Made by a program: the position numbers and the translations under genes
DNA from: an uncultured delta proteobacterium
GTDB taxonomy: Bacteria > Myxococcota_A > UBA9160 > SMWR01
Reading direction: 5' to 3'
DNA: 64,000 bases
Assembly: GCA_963832165.1 (NCBI GenBank)
Contig: CAWHTE010000011.1
Span: 832,001-896,000 of the forward strand
The notes under the pieces: model-generated
Told to the model about the DNA's origin: nothing
What the model saw: only the letters and a program-made list of their open reading frames with translations
Database searches by the model: none
Part shown: positions 49,153-60,105 of the stretch, one piece after another
How the letters are laid out: the number at the start of each line of letters is the position of its first letter
Numbering within the stretch: the first letter of the stretch is position 1

Positions 49153-51055
49153 GCGGGTTCCAGCGCTCACCGCGTCGTCGACAGATCACGTCGGGGGTCT
49201 CCTGGGTCGATGCGACGCGCAGCCGACCCTCGGCGTCGGCGCCGTCGCAGACCGCGCTCGCATCGGCGAGGCGCAGCCACAGACCCGCGCAGGTCTCCCG
49301 CAGGCGCAGTGCGCGCGAGCCGTCCTGCGCGTGATCTCCGTCCGCGAGCGCATAGCGCGCGTGCGGATGCCACGCGGGCAGCCAGCCGGTCTCGAGCGCG
49401 CTGGCTCCACTGCGCGCGATCTCGGGCGAGAGGTGCACAGTCACGGGACAGCCGCGAAAGCGCGCGATCGAGAGCCCGTCCCGGCGCCAGTCCTCGCTGA
49501 ACCCGAGTTCGTTGAGGCGGTCCGCTTCTTCGGAGCGCCCGTAGAACACGACGTCCTCGAACGCCGTCGCGCGCGATGCGAGATAGGCGAGCAGTGCGTC
49601 CCGGAACGCGCGGTCGCCGGCGGGACCGGGGCGCGTGAGATCGGTGAGGTACGAGCGATCGAGCCGCGCGGGCGCCCGCTCCACAGCGTCGGGCCGCACT
49701 ACGAGGTGATGCATGCGCGCGTTGCGCACGAAGCCGTACGGCGTCAGGCCGCCCTGACTCGCGGCGTAGAGCTGGCCCAGGTTCACCCACGGCAGCGCGA
49801 AGGGCATCGCCGCGCGCGCGGGCGGCAGGTCTGGATCGGCGCCCGTGTCGAATACGATCGGCAGTCGCACGCCGCTGCGCACGAGATTCGTTTCGAGGCC
49901 CGAGAGTGCGCTCGCCGACGCACCCGCGAGCGCTTCGTGATACATCCACGCCCAGCCCGTCGACGCGAACGCGAAGGTCGCGAGCGCGACCCGTGCCGCG
50001 ACGCGCGCGCCGCGCGCGAGCCGCTCGATCGGCAGGGTCAGCGCGAGTGCGCTCACGCCGATCGGCAGGAAGCGCGGCGCGAAGTACTCCCAGGATGCGA
50101 GGTCCATCGGCAGCCACGCGGCCGCGGCGAGCGCAGCGCCGCCCGCGACGAGCAACGCCTCGTCCTCCGCGCTGCGCCCCGCGCGGCGGCGCGCGAGTGC
50201 GACGAGTGGAGCGGCGAGTGCGAGCAACGTGAGCGGCCACGCGCGCCACGCGGGCCCGCCCGTGAAGCATTTCGCGAGCGCCCACCACGGAGCGGGCGTG
50301 AGCGGCGGTGGGGCGGTGCCCGGCTCGCCGAGCGAGTCGGCCCCCGGCCAGACCAACGCGAGCGCAACCGCCGTCGCGGGCAGTGCGATCGCGGCGATGC
50401 GCAGGCACGCCGCACCGAGCGCGCCGCGCGGCGCGCGCCGCCAGTACAGCGCCGCGAGCACGCATCCCGTGACCGCAGCGCTCATCACGTGCAGCAGCGC
50501 GACGCCGCCGAGCAGTACGGCGAGCAGCGCGACCTGGCGCGGGGTCTCGGGTCGCTTCGCGATCGCCCACGCGAGCACGAGCAGGCCGAACGAGCTCGCG
50601 AGATGGAACGAGAAGAATCCCATGTAGAAGGTCCAACCGAACGCCGCGCCGCCGAGGGCGAGCCCGAGCCACGCGCGCTCCGGATGTAGGGCCCGCGCGA
50701 GCGCGTACGCAGCGCCGGCCCAGAACAGCGCGAGCACCGCCACCGTGCAGCGCAGCGCGACCGGCCAGGGCAGCCACAGGTCGAGCGGTCCGAACACCGC
50801 GGCGAAGCCGAGACTCGTGACCGGGCGCGCGATCTCGAACCAGCTCTCCCATCCCCGCGCGGGGTCGCCCAGGTGGTTTGCCACGTGCACGGCGTAGACG
50901 TGCTGGGGGCCGTCGTGGGTCGGGATGTAGGCCGGGTGCGCCGCCGCAAACCCGATCGCGATCAGGAGGACCGCGAGCGCGAGCGCCGCGAGGCGGTCCT
51001 CGAGGCCTCCGCTGGCCTCCGGTTCCGTCCGCGCGGCTTGCATGCCCGAATGCAT
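49043..51055 (-). CDS. Polytopic membrane protein, possible GT-C-type glycosyltransferase; 3' end uncertain
   Basis: More than 10 hydrophobic segments; D.PQH in the first loop; GF..F and RF.P motifs; next to a GT2 gene. Confidence 0.6.
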   Translation of the reverse strand: MHSGMQAARTEPEASGGLEDRLAALALAVLLIAIGFAAAHPAYIPTHDGPQHVYAVHVANHLGDPARGWESWFEIARPVTSLGFAAVFGPLDLWLPWPVALRCTVAVLALFWAGAAYALARALHPERAWLGLALGGAAFGWTFYMGFFSFHLASSFGLLVLAWAIAKRPETPRQVALLAVLLGGVALLHVMSAAVTGCVLAALYWRRAPRGALGAACLRIAAIALPATAVALALVWPGADSLGEPGTAPPPLTPAPWWALAKCFTGGPAWRAWPLTLLALAAPLVALARRRAGRSAEDEALLVAGGAALAAAAWLPMDLASWEYFAPRFLPIGVSALALTLPIERLARGARVAARVALATFAFASTGWAWMYHEALAGASASALSGLETNLVRSGVRLPIVFDTGADPDLPPARAAMPFALPWVNLGQLYAASQGGLTPYGFVRNARMHHLVVRPDAVERAPARLDRSYLTDLTRPGPAGDRAFRDALLAYLASRATAFEDVVFYGRSEEADRLNELGFSEDWRRDGLSIARFRGCPVTVHLSPEIARSGASALETGWLPAWHPHARYALADGDHAQDGSRALRLRETCAGLWLRLADASAVCDGADAEGRLRVASTQETPDVICRRRGERWNPPTELARRADPASAGATTANRPVPSGSAARGAARSAR

Positions 51056-51107
51056 CGGTCTGGCGCGGGCATAGCTGAAACAAATTCACTCAATTGATAG
51101 GCCCGAC

Positions 51108-52088
51108 GTGCCGATGGTTGGAGGCGTGACGGGCAAGCTCTCGGTCGTGATCCCGGTCTGCAACGAGGAGAAGAACCTCCTCCCGCTGTTCGAGGAGCTG
51201 TCCGCGTCGCTGATCGGTCTGTCCGAGCCGTTCGAGATCCTGTTCGTGGACGACGGCAGCAGTGACCGCAGTCCCGAGATCCTCGCCCACCTCGCGGCCA
51301 AGGAAGAGGCGATCAAGGTGATCCGCTTCCGCCGCAACTTCGGTCAGACCGCTGCGGTGGCAGCCGGCATCGAGCACGCGACGGGCGACGTGATCGTGGT
51401 GCTCGACAGCGACGGCCAGAACGATCCCGCCGATATTCCGCGCCTGCTCGACGCGCTCGCGAAGGGCTACGACGTGGTGTCGGGTTGGCGCCAGGAGCGC
51501 CAGGACGGGTGGCGTCGCGTGTGGTTGTCGAAGGTTGCCAACGCGCTGATCTCGCGCGTGACCGGCGTGCGGCTGCGCGACTACGGCTGCTCGCTCAAGG
51601 CCTATCGGCGCGACGTGATCGGCTCGGTGCGCTTGTACGGCGAGATGCACCGCTTCATCCCGATCTACGCCACCTGGATGGGCGCGCGCGTCGTCGAGAT
51701 CCCCGTGAATCACCGACCGCGCGAGCACGGGGATTCGCACTACGGCTTCGACCGGATCGTGAAGGTCTTCCTCGACCTGCTCGTGGTGCAGTTCCTGGCA
51801 CGCTACGAGACGCGACCGATGTACGTATTCGGCGGATTCGGCCTCGTGAGCTGGGGCATCTCGCTGCTCTCTGCCGTGTTCGCGTTCTATCGCAAGTTCT
51901 TCGATGCGACGTCGTTCATCCAGACGCCGCTCCCGCTGTTGTCGGTGATGGCGTTCATCACGGGTGTGCTCTCGATGCTGATGGGACTGCTCGCCGAGCT
52001 GCTCGTGCGCACCTATTACGAATCGCAGTCGAAGCGCCCGTACTCGATCAAACACGCGCTCAATCTGAAGCTCGACACGCAGGATTGA
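51108..52088 (+). CDS. GT2 polyprenol-phosphate glycosyltransferase (ArnC/DPM-like)
   Basis: SVVIP..NEE, VDDGS.D, RNFGQTAA, DSDGQNDP and HRFIP motifs; two C-terminal TMs. Confidence 0.92.
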   Translation: MPMVGGVTGKLSVVIPVCNEEKNLLPLFEELSASLIGLSEPFEILFVDDGSSDRSPEILAHLAAKEEAIKVIRFRRNFGQTAAVAAGIEHATGDVIVVLDSDGQNDPADIPRLLDALAKGYDVVSGWRQERQDGWRRVWLSKVANALISRVTGVRLRDYGCSLKAYRRDVIGSVRLYGEMHRFIPIYATWMGARVVEIPVNHRPREHGDSHYGFDRIVKVFLDLLVVQFLARYETRPMYVFGGFGLVSWGISLLSAVFAFYRKFFDATSFIQTPLPLLSVMAFITGVLSMLMGLLAELLVRTYYESQSKRPYSIKHALNLKLDTQD

Positions 52089-52120
52089 GAGTCCGCGCGC
52101 GTCGGGTAGCCTCCGGCGCC

Positions 52121-52687
52121 ATGTCCCCGCGGCGGGTGGGAATCCGGATCGGGCTCGCGGCGTGCACTGCAGTGCTCGCGGCGCTCGCGTGCGGCGACCC
52201 CGCACCCGAGCCGGCTCCCGAGCCCGCCCCGGAGGAGGCACCCGCGAAGCCGCCCGAGCCGGCTACGCCGGCCCCGGCGCCTCCACCCGAAGCCGCTCCC
52301 GCGCCGGACCCGGCTCCGAAAACGCCGCCTGCACCGGCTCCGGCCCCCGTGGTCGAGGAGCCGGAACCCTCGACGCTGCCCCCGGAGGCCACGATCTCGC
52401 TCGAGGAGCTCGGGGCCAGGATCAAGGCGACTCCCGCGATCGGCACGTTCTCCAAGCTCGCGCTGAAGAACGACATCGATGATCTCGTCAATTCGCTGCG
52501 GGACTACCACCAACACAAGAAGGGCGATCTCGACGATCTGCACGAGCGCTACGAGGCGCTCGTGCTCAAGCTCATGACATTGCTCGAGGAGGACGAGCCA
52601 GCGCTCGCGCTCGCGCTCAGCCGCTCACGCAAGGACATCTGGAGTCGGCTGGTCAACCCGATCGAGTTCGCCAAGCTGCCGACATGA
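52121..52687 (+). CDS. Pro/Ala-rich hypothetical lipoprotein
   Basis: ALAC lipobox, PEPAPEP low-complexity linker, helical C-terminal domain. Confidence 0.7.
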   Translation: MSPRRVGIRIGLAACTAVLAALACGDPAPEPAPEPAPEEAPAKPPEPATPAPAPPPEAAPAPDPAPKTPPAPAPAPVVEEPEPSTLPPEATISLEELGARIKATPAIGTFSKLALKNDIDDLVNSLRDYHQHKKGDLDDLHERYEALVLKLMTLLEEDEPALALALSRSRKDIWSRLVNPIEFAKLPT

Positions 52688-52935
52688 GGATGAAGACCAT
52701 GCGCCCGATCCGAATCTTCTGCGCGCTCTCTCTGGTCGCGCTGGCCGCGCACGCGGAGCCCGTCGCGGTTCCCGAGGATCTGCTCGCGGTGTTGACGCTG
52801 CGCGGGAAGCCGTGCGGGACGATCGCCTCGCACGAACGGAAGGGCGCGTCCGACTACCTCGTGACGTGCTCCGATGGCCACCGCTACCGCATCTTCATCG
52901 GCCCCGGCGATCGAGTCGTCATCGAAGAGAAGTAG
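52684..52935 (+). CDS. Small secreted protein with a Cys pair
   Basis: Signal peptide AHA; G.PCG and YLVTC.DG.RY motifs; ATGA overlap. Confidence 0.7.
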   Translation: MRMKTMRPIRIFCALSLVALAAHAEPVAVPEDLLAVLTLRGKPCGTIASHERKGASDYLVTCSDGHRYRIFIGPGDRVVIEEK

Positions 52936-52957
52936 TAGGGCTGGGCGGCTCATCGTT

Positions 52958-53216
52958 TCGTGCGGCTGGGGTGGTTGGCTTGCTGCGGCTCATGGCTCGC
53001 CGGCCTGGGGGCGACGTTCTCTCTCGCCCGAAGGGTCCGAAGCCAGCGATGGCTTCAGGCTTTCAGGTTGCCGGTCCAACCCAAGTTGCCACGAGCCGTG
53101 CGACGGCCTGTGGCCGGCTCCGCTTTACTTCGCCGCAGCAAGCCAACCACCCCGGCACTCGAACTCGAACTCGTACGCCCTGAAAACGTGAACCTCTCCA
53201 CGCGCTAGGCCGGGCG
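52958..53216. repeat. Dispersed repeat copy 2: 192-bp element with 25-bp terminal inverted repeats plus linker
   Basis: Arms at 52965-52989 and 53132-53156; 5 substitutions versus copy 1 over 192 bp. Confidence 0.95.
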
Positions 53217-53349
53217 CTTGAATTCGCCGCCGGAGGCGTTGGTGATCCTGGAGCATATGCGTCTCCGAGTCGGCAACCGTTGTGCTCCGGTGCACCGTCG
53301 TGCACGCCAACGGAGCCACAACGCCGACGCGGCGAATCAACGCCCGGCC
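53208..53349. other. Structured hairpin module B adjoining repeat copy 2
   Basis: GGCCGGGCG / CGCCCGGCC closing stem with long internal hairpins. Confidence 0.75.
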
Positions 53350-53373
53350 CCAGGCAAGACCACCGCGGAATGG

Positions 53374-54171
53374 TTAGGGGACCGGGCCGACGAACCCGAG
53401 GCGCTTCTGGAAGCGCTGCATGCCGACGAGCCAGCGGTCGTAGTCGTCGGCCTTGCGCCGCACGTAGGTCAGCACCTCGGCGTGCGGCAGGATCAGGAAC
53501 GACTCGCGCGCGAGGCCATCGATCACCGCCGCGGCGCAGTCTTCGGGCTCGATCATGCCGTCCGCACGCGCCGCGCCGACGCCCACGTCGCCCACGGCGG
53601 AGCCCGCGTCGGTCATCGCCGTGCGCACCGCCTGCGGACACAGCACCGAGACGCCGATTCCGCGATCGCCGTAGGTGATCGCGAGCCACTCCGCGAGCGC
53701 CACCGCTGCGTGCTTGGTGACGCCGTAGGGTGCGGAGCCGATCTGGTTCAGCAGCCCCGCCGCGGACGCCGTGTTCAGCAGATAGCCCGCGCCGCGCTCG
53801 AGCATCGACGGCAGCACCGCGCGCGCCGCGTACACGTGCGCCATCACGTTGATCTTCCAGATCCGCTCCCAGTCGGCGTCGATCACCTCGACGCCGCCCG
53901 AGATCGCGATGCCCGCGTTGGAGCAGAACAGATCGATCGGGCCCCAGGCGTCCTCGGCGCGCTTCACGAGTGCGCGCACCGCGGCCTCGTCGGCGACGTT
54001 GGTGGGAACGGCTGTGCCCTTCACCTCTGCGGCCACCGCCTCGCAGCCCGCGGCATCGAGGTCGGCCACCACCACGCCGCGCGCGCCCTCGGCCGCGAAG
54101 CGGCGGGCGAGCGCGCGCCCGATCCCCGATGCGCCGCCGGTCACCACCACGTGCTTGCCCTCGATCCGCAT
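53374..54171 (-). CDS. SDR family oxidoreductase
   Basis: [11 protein letters not shown] and YGVTK motifs; GGAGG RBS. Confidence 0.92.
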   Translation of the reverse strand: MRIEGKHVVVTGGASGIGRALARRFAAEGARGVVVADLDAAGCEAVAAEVKGTAVPTNVADEAAVRALVKRAEDAWGPIDLFCSNAGIAISGGVEVIDADWERIWKINVMAHVYAARAVLPSMLERGAGYLLNTASAAGLLNQIGSAPYGVTKHAAVALAEWLAITYGDRGIGVSVLCPQAVRTAMTDAGSAVGDVGVGAARADGMIEPEDCAAAVIDGLARESFLILPHAEVLTYVRRKADDYDRWLVGMQRFQKRLGFVGPVP

Positions 54172-54314
54172 CGCGCCTCCCGAGATGTATGGATGCATCG
54201 TGGCACACTCCGCGCGGCTGCGTTCGCGGAACAGACTGCATCAAGAATGGGAGCGTGCGGGACGAAGAGCGAATCTGGCGTTCGCCATTCGAGGCATCAC
54301 CAGGGGTCCTGAAC

Positions 54315-55802
54315 GTGCGCAAGGAGCGGCCGCGCCGGGGCCTGCAGCTCGAGCTGCTGGTTCAAATGGCCATCGTGATGGCGACCGCGACCGGGGTCCT
54401 GGTATTTCTCGGGCTGCGCCTCCAGGAGGCGCGGCTCGACCAGACGTGGCCTCTTGCCGCACAGGCATTGGCGCGGTTTGCCTCGGAGTACCCGGAACTT
54501 CCGCCCGGACCGGCAGGCGCTCACTGGTGGCGGATGGACGGACAGGGGATCGCTCGACCGCTCGGCGACGCACCTCCGATCGACGACGAAACGCGAGCGC
54601 TCGCGGAGGCGGCCGGAGCGCGCGGAGAGATGCTCCTGGCGAGAGGCTGGCCCTGGGAGCCCATGCGATTTGCCATGCCCGATTCTCGCGGCATCGCCGC
54701 GATGCGGCTTCCCGCGACGGCGCCGCCCGCGATGCTGGTGGGGCTCGTGCTCGGCGCGATCGCGATCTTCACCGCGTTCGGAGCGATCGTGTTGCGAAGC
54801 ACCGTGGTGCGCCCGCTGGAGCGACTCTCGCAGGCCACGCGCGCGGTCGCTGCGGGCGACCTGGAGGTTCGGATTCCCGAGGAGGGCGTGGCCGAAACGG
54901 CCGGCATGGCGCGCGCTTTCAATGAGATGACCGAGGCGCTTGCCGAGCGCACGCAGGCGCTCGAGAAGGCGATCGCGGACCTGCGCGAGAGCAGCCGGAA
55001 CCTGCGTACCGCGCGCCAGGGGCTCGAGCGGGCGGAACGCCTCGCGGCGGTGGGAAGCCTGGCGGCCGGGGTGGCGCACGAAGTGGGCAATCCGACCGGC
55101 GCACTGCTGGCGTTCCTCGACCTGGTGGGGCGCGACGCGGGTCTTTCCGATGCGAGTCGCTCCCACCTCGCGAAGGCGCGCACGCAGGTCGAGAGGGTGC
55201 GCTCGATCCTGCGCGACCTGCTCGGCTTCGCCCGGCCCGCACGCGGCGAGTGCGTGCCGGTCGACCTCGTGCTGGTGGCCGAAGAAGTTCTCGAGCTCGT
55301 GCGCACGCAGCGGCGCTATGCGGGAGTCGGATTCCGTCTCATTGTCGAAGGCGAGATCCCGCCCGCGCTCGCCGACCGGGCCGCAGTCGCACAGATGCTG
55401 CTCAACCTGGTGGTCAACGCCGGCGACGCGGTGCGACCCGACGGAGGCGACGTGCGCGTGTGCCTGGCACCGACCGCGCTCGAGCGCCGCGCGAGCGATG
55501 CCCCGGGCTTCGCAGCGGGCCGCTCTCGGATCGACGCCGTCGAGCTGCGCGTCGAGGATGATGGACCGGGCGTGCCCGCGGCCGACCGTGAGAGGATCTT
55601 CGACGCCTTCTTCACCACCAAGGATCCAGGCGAGGGTACCGGCCTCGGGCTCGCGAACGCGTTGCGCTGTGCGGACCAACTGGGTGGCCGACTCGACCTC
55701 GCTCTGGACCGACCCGGCACGGGCGCAGTCTTCGTGGTGACCCTCCCGGCGGCGCCAGTTTCGGGCGGGTGCCCGAAAGCGAGCGAAGTCCGAAGCGGCT
55801 GA
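54315..55802 (+). CDS. Membrane sensor histidine kinase (HAMP-HisKA-HATPase)
   Basis: Two TMs; HAMP; AHEVGNP H-box; NLVVNA, DDGPG and FFTTK..GEGTGLGL motifs; start approximate. Confidence 0.92.
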   Translation: MRKERPRRGLQLELLVQMAIVMATATGVLVFLGLRLQEARLDQTWPLAAQALARFASEYPELPPGPAGAHWWRMDGQGIARPLGDAPPIDDETRALAEAAGARGEMLLARGWPWEPMRFAMPDSRGIAAMRLPATAPPAMLVGLVLGAIAIFTAFGAIVLRSTVVRPLERLSQATRAVAAGDLEVRIPEEGVAETAGMARAFNEMTEALAERTQALEKAIADLRESSRNLRTARQGLERAERLAAVGSLAAGVAHEVGNPTGALLAFLDLVGRDAGLSDASRSHLAKARTQVERVRSILRDLLGFARPARGECVPVDLVLVAEEVLELVRTQRRYAGVGFRLIVEGEIPPALADRAAVAQMLLNLVVNAGDAVRPDGGDVRVCLAPTALERRASDAPGFAAGRSRIDAVELRVEDDGPGVPAADRERIFDAFFTTKDPGEGTGLGLANALRCADQLGGRLDLALDRPGTGAVFVVTLPAAPVSGGCPKASEVRSG

Positions 55803-55855
55803 TTGCCGAAGCCCTGGCGCTCACGCGTCCCCGCCGCCTTTCCGATACGCGCAAA

Positions 55856-57211
<1,356 letters not shown>

Positions 57212-57340
57212 GCATGCGAACGTCACTACGCACGCAGCTGCGTAGCGCGAACGAAATTGCGGACCGCAGCGGACCGGATCGATGTGCAGCTCGCCCGCCA
57301 ACTCCGCGCGAACGCGGCGTTCGGATTCTCGGTCCTCGAC

Positions 57341-57356
57341 TGGTACGGAGCTTGCT
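57341..57356 (+). promoter_or_regulatory. Sigma-54 (-24/-12) promoter of the minor pilin operon
   Basis: TGGTAC-GGAGC-TTGCT with exact GG-N10-GC spacing, one mismatch to the TGGCAC-N5-TTGCW consensus. Confidence 0.8.
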
Positions 57357-57430
57357 CTGTGACCCGGGCGGTGACCCCGATGGAGTCAAGGTTCCAGCTG
57401 CGATTGTCGATGAAAAAGCCCAGAGATCCC

Positions 57431-58144
57431 ATGGCGAACTGCGTTCATAGCTCGATCGTTCGCGCGCGGACGCGCGAGCGCGGCGCCACGCTCACAGAAC
57501 TCGCCACCGTCCTCGCGGTCGCTGGCGTGCTCATCATGATGGCGGTGCCCAACACGCTGCGCTGGCAGCGCGACCAGCGGGTCAAGGGCGCGGCGCACGA
57601 CGTGGCCGACCTGCTCGTGCTCGCGCGCTCCGAATCGACGCGCACGGGCAATCGCCACGTGGTGATCTACGGCCCGCCCGGAACCCAGGATCCGGCCGGC
57701 ACCGCGATCACGGGTCCGAACGGCACGGTGCCGTTTCTCGTGCTGAACGACGGCGCGGCCGCGACTGCCAACTGCCAGATCGACGCGGGCGAGGCGAAGA
57801 GCGTTGTCGACCCCGTGCGCGACGTGCGCTGGGGCGTTGCGCTCGCGACCGTGCGCGCACCCGGCGACACGGGCGCCGCCGCGTTCTCGCCGCCGCAGAC
57901 GAGTGGCGGCACGACCGCCACGCCCGCGAACGGCGCGGTGCCGTGGTTCCTGTTCCGGCCCGACGGCGTCCCCGTGCGCTTCACGGGAGCGCTCGGCAGC
58001 TGCGGGGCGATCGGCGCCACCGCGCTCGGCGGCGCCGCGTTCTACCTCACGAACGGCACGCGCGACTACGCGGTCGTGATGACGCCGCTCGGCGGCGTGC
58101 GCGTGCACGTCTGGGATCAGATGGCGGGGGCGTGGAAGTCATGA
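57431..58144 (+). CDS. FimT/FimU/GspH-like type IV minor pilin
   Basis: RG|ATLTEL prepilin site; L..ARSES, F.PDG and V...GGVR motifs. Confidence 0.8.
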   Translation: MANCVHSSIVRARTRERGATLTELATVLAVAGVLIMMAVPNTLRWQRDQRVKGAAHDVADLLVLARSESTRTGNRHVVIYGPPGTQDPAGTAITGPNGTVPFLVLNDGAAATANCQIDAGEAKSVVDPVRDVRWGVALATVRAPGDTGAAAFSPPQTSGGTTATPANGAVPWFLFRPDGVPVRFTGALGSCGAIGATALGGAAFYLTNGTRDYAVVMTPLGGVRVHVWDQMAGAWKS

Positions 58145-58566
58145 TGCGGCGCAATCGCTCGAGCTCCGGGTTCACGCTGATCGAGATCATGATGGCGCTC
58201 TCGCTGCTCGGGATCGGGCTGCTCTCGCTCGCCGCGATGCAGCTCACCGCGATGCAGTACGGCGCCCGTGGGCGGCACCTGACCAAGGCGGCTGCGATCG
58301 CCGAGGTCCAGATGGAGACGCTGATGCGCCAGCGCTGGACGGACCTCGCGCCGACGGGTGGCTGGACCGGCCCCGTCACGGTGAACGAGGTGGTCCAGGG
58401 ACCGGCCAACTCGACCGAGCAGGCCTACAGCGTGTCCTGGCAGATCGCCAACGTCGACGTGGGCCGCACGCGCAGCATCGACGTGCGCGTGCAGTGGGAC
58501 GAGCGCAACCGCGCCGGCCGCCAGTACGGCGTTTCGAGCATGCGATTCAATCATGAAGGGTTGTAA
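58141..58566 (+). CDS. pilV: PilV-like type IV minor pilin
   Basis: G|FTLIEIM.A..LL.IGLL..A.MQ; operon position. Confidence 0.8.
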   Translation: MMRRNRSSSGFTLIEIMMALSLLGIGLLSLAAMQLTAMQYGARGRHLTKAAAIAEVQMETLMRQRWTDLAPTGGWTGPVTVNEVVQGPANSTEQAYSVSWQIANVDVGRTRSIDVRVQWDERNRAGRQYGVSSMRFNHEGL

Positions 58567-59554
58567 CCCGGTGCGCAGAGCCGGCTTCACGTTGATCGAG
58601 ATGCTCACGGTGGTCGCGATCTTCGGCCTCGTCGCGGTCTACGTCGGCCGCATCCTCATGGTGAACGAGCGCGCCTACCACACCGTGGAAGAGACGAGCG
58701 AGTCGCAGCAGAACCTGCGCGTGTTCGGCGAGCTCGTGGAGGACCAGATCCGGCACGCGGGCATGATGGTGTCGCGCAACGGGGCCGTGTGCGGTCGCGA
58801 CTTCACGAACGCGCCGGACGTGCTCTACGTGAGCGACGCGGCCGCGATCGACCCGCAGGACGACTTCGCCGTCTACCCTGGCCCGACGATCACCGGCGGC
58901 GTCACCAACCTGAACGTCGGCTCCTCGCAGACACTCACGCTCAGCTCGCTGATCGTCGAGCCGTCGCCGCCGAGCCGGCCCGCCTACGACACGGACGTCA
59001 ACGGCGCCGCCGACAGCGACTTCCGCGTGAACGGCGGCGTGATCGTGTTCGACAGCGCGAACCCCGGACGCGGCAACGCGTGCGGGCGCGTCACGGCGGT
59101 GAACGTCGGGGCCAGCCAGATCACCGTTCTCGGAGCGGCCGCGATGGCCGCCGGCGCCGGCACCATGCTCGTGGCTGTGCCCGCCAACGAGTACCAGGTG
59201 GTCGGCACGCAGCTGCGCTGGAACAACGTCGCACTCGCGGACGGCATCGAGGACTTCCAGATCGCCTACGTCTTCGACCAGGACGGCGACAACGTGATCG
59301 ACGGCAACACCGACCTGCGCAGCTTCGGCGGCGCGGGCACCACGAACTACACGTCGTCGGAGCTCCAGCCGAACATGATGCGCGAGATCCAGGTCGGCAT
59401 CGTGTCCCGCGCGCGCTTGGCCGATGCCACCTTCTCGGGCCGGCCCCAGGCGCTGCTCAACCGCGCCGCCGTCACGGCGGCGGACGGCTTCCGGCGCCGC
59501 ACGTTCGAGACGCGCGTGCTGCTGCGCAACCTCGCCACGAGGATCGACTCATGA
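58553..59554 (+). CDS. pilW: PilW-like type IV minor pilin
   Basis: G|FTLIEML, IR.AG, LADGIE.FQ..Y and V.LRN motifs. Confidence 0.82.
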   Translation: MKGCNPVRRAGFTLIEMLTVVAIFGLVAVYVGRILMVNERAYHTVEETSESQQNLRVFGELVEDQIRHAGMMVSRNGAVCGRDFTNAPDVLYVSDAAAIDPQDDFAVYPGPTITGGVTNLNVGSSQTLTLSSLIVEPSPPSRPAYDTDVNGAADSDFRVNGGVIVFDSANPGRGNACGRVTAVNVGASQITVLGAAAMAAGAGTMLVAVPANEYQVVGTQLRWNNVALADGIEDFQIAYVFDQDGDNVIDGNTDLRSFGGAGTTNYTSSELQPNMMREIQVGIVSRARLADATFSGRPQALLNRAAVTAADGFRRRTFETRVLLRNLATRIDS

Positions 59555-60042
59555 TGACCTTCCGCTCGCATGATTCGCGTTCCGCGCCGCGGCGCGAAGC
59601 GGGCATCGCGCTGCTCGCGTCCGTGCTGCTTCTCTTGATGCTGGCATCGATCGGGATCGCGGCGCTCAACGTGGTCGAGCGCGACCAACAGGTTGCGGGC
59701 TATCTCAACCGCAAGGCGATGGCGCTGCACGCAGCCGACGCTGCGATTGCGCGCGCGCTCGGGACAATGGACGCGACCGGCACGCCGAGCGTGCCCAACA
59801 CGTCGATGGGCGACGCGTCGCTCTATCCGGGTGGTCAGCCGTCGTATCGCACCGACACGACGGCTGCCGATCCGATCAAGAAGGCGGGCATCGGAGCGCT
59901 CGGCGGCCACACGCTCAACATCGGGGCAGGCGGCGGGGCGCAGTTCCAGGTGCAGTACTGGAAGATCCGCGTGCAGGGCGAGGCGCCCGGCGGCTCGATC
60001 GCGCGCGTCGAGGTGCTGACCGGATCGCTGCTCGCACCCTAG
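59551..60042 (+). CDS. pilX: PilX-like type IV minor pilin
   Basis: G|IALL without Glu5; A..AADA motif; operon position. Confidence 0.75.
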   Translation: MMTFRSHDSRSAPRREAGIALLASVLLLLMLASIGIAALNVVERDQQVAGYLNRKAMALHAADAAIARALGTMDATGTPSVPNTSMGDASLYPGGQPSYRTDTTAADPIKKAGIGALGGHTLNIGAGGGAQFQVQYWKIRVQGEAPGGSIARVEVLTGSLLAP

Positions 60043-60105
60043 CACGCGTCCAATCCAAGACACGAGAAAACCCGTTTCGGGAGGGGCCTCGAAAGGGGAG
60101 AAGAC

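Noticed and set aside
49043..49170. 110-bp convergent overlap between the acyltransferase and the membrane protein
   Set aside because: It may be a stop-loss or indel artefact (an out-of-frame TGA lies at 49167-49169). It cannot be resolved here and does not indicate function.
52195..52370. Short tandem-like CCCGAGCC/CCGGC repeats
   Set aside because: They simply encode the Pro/Ala/Glu linker of the lipoprotein.
24862..53349. CRISPR array or integron attC interpretation of the repeats
   Set aside because: There are only two distant copies, no short repeat-spacer periodicity, no cas or intI gene, and no RYYYAAC...GTTRRRY boxes bracketing the hairpins (GCTAGGC is only a near match and sits at the wrong end).
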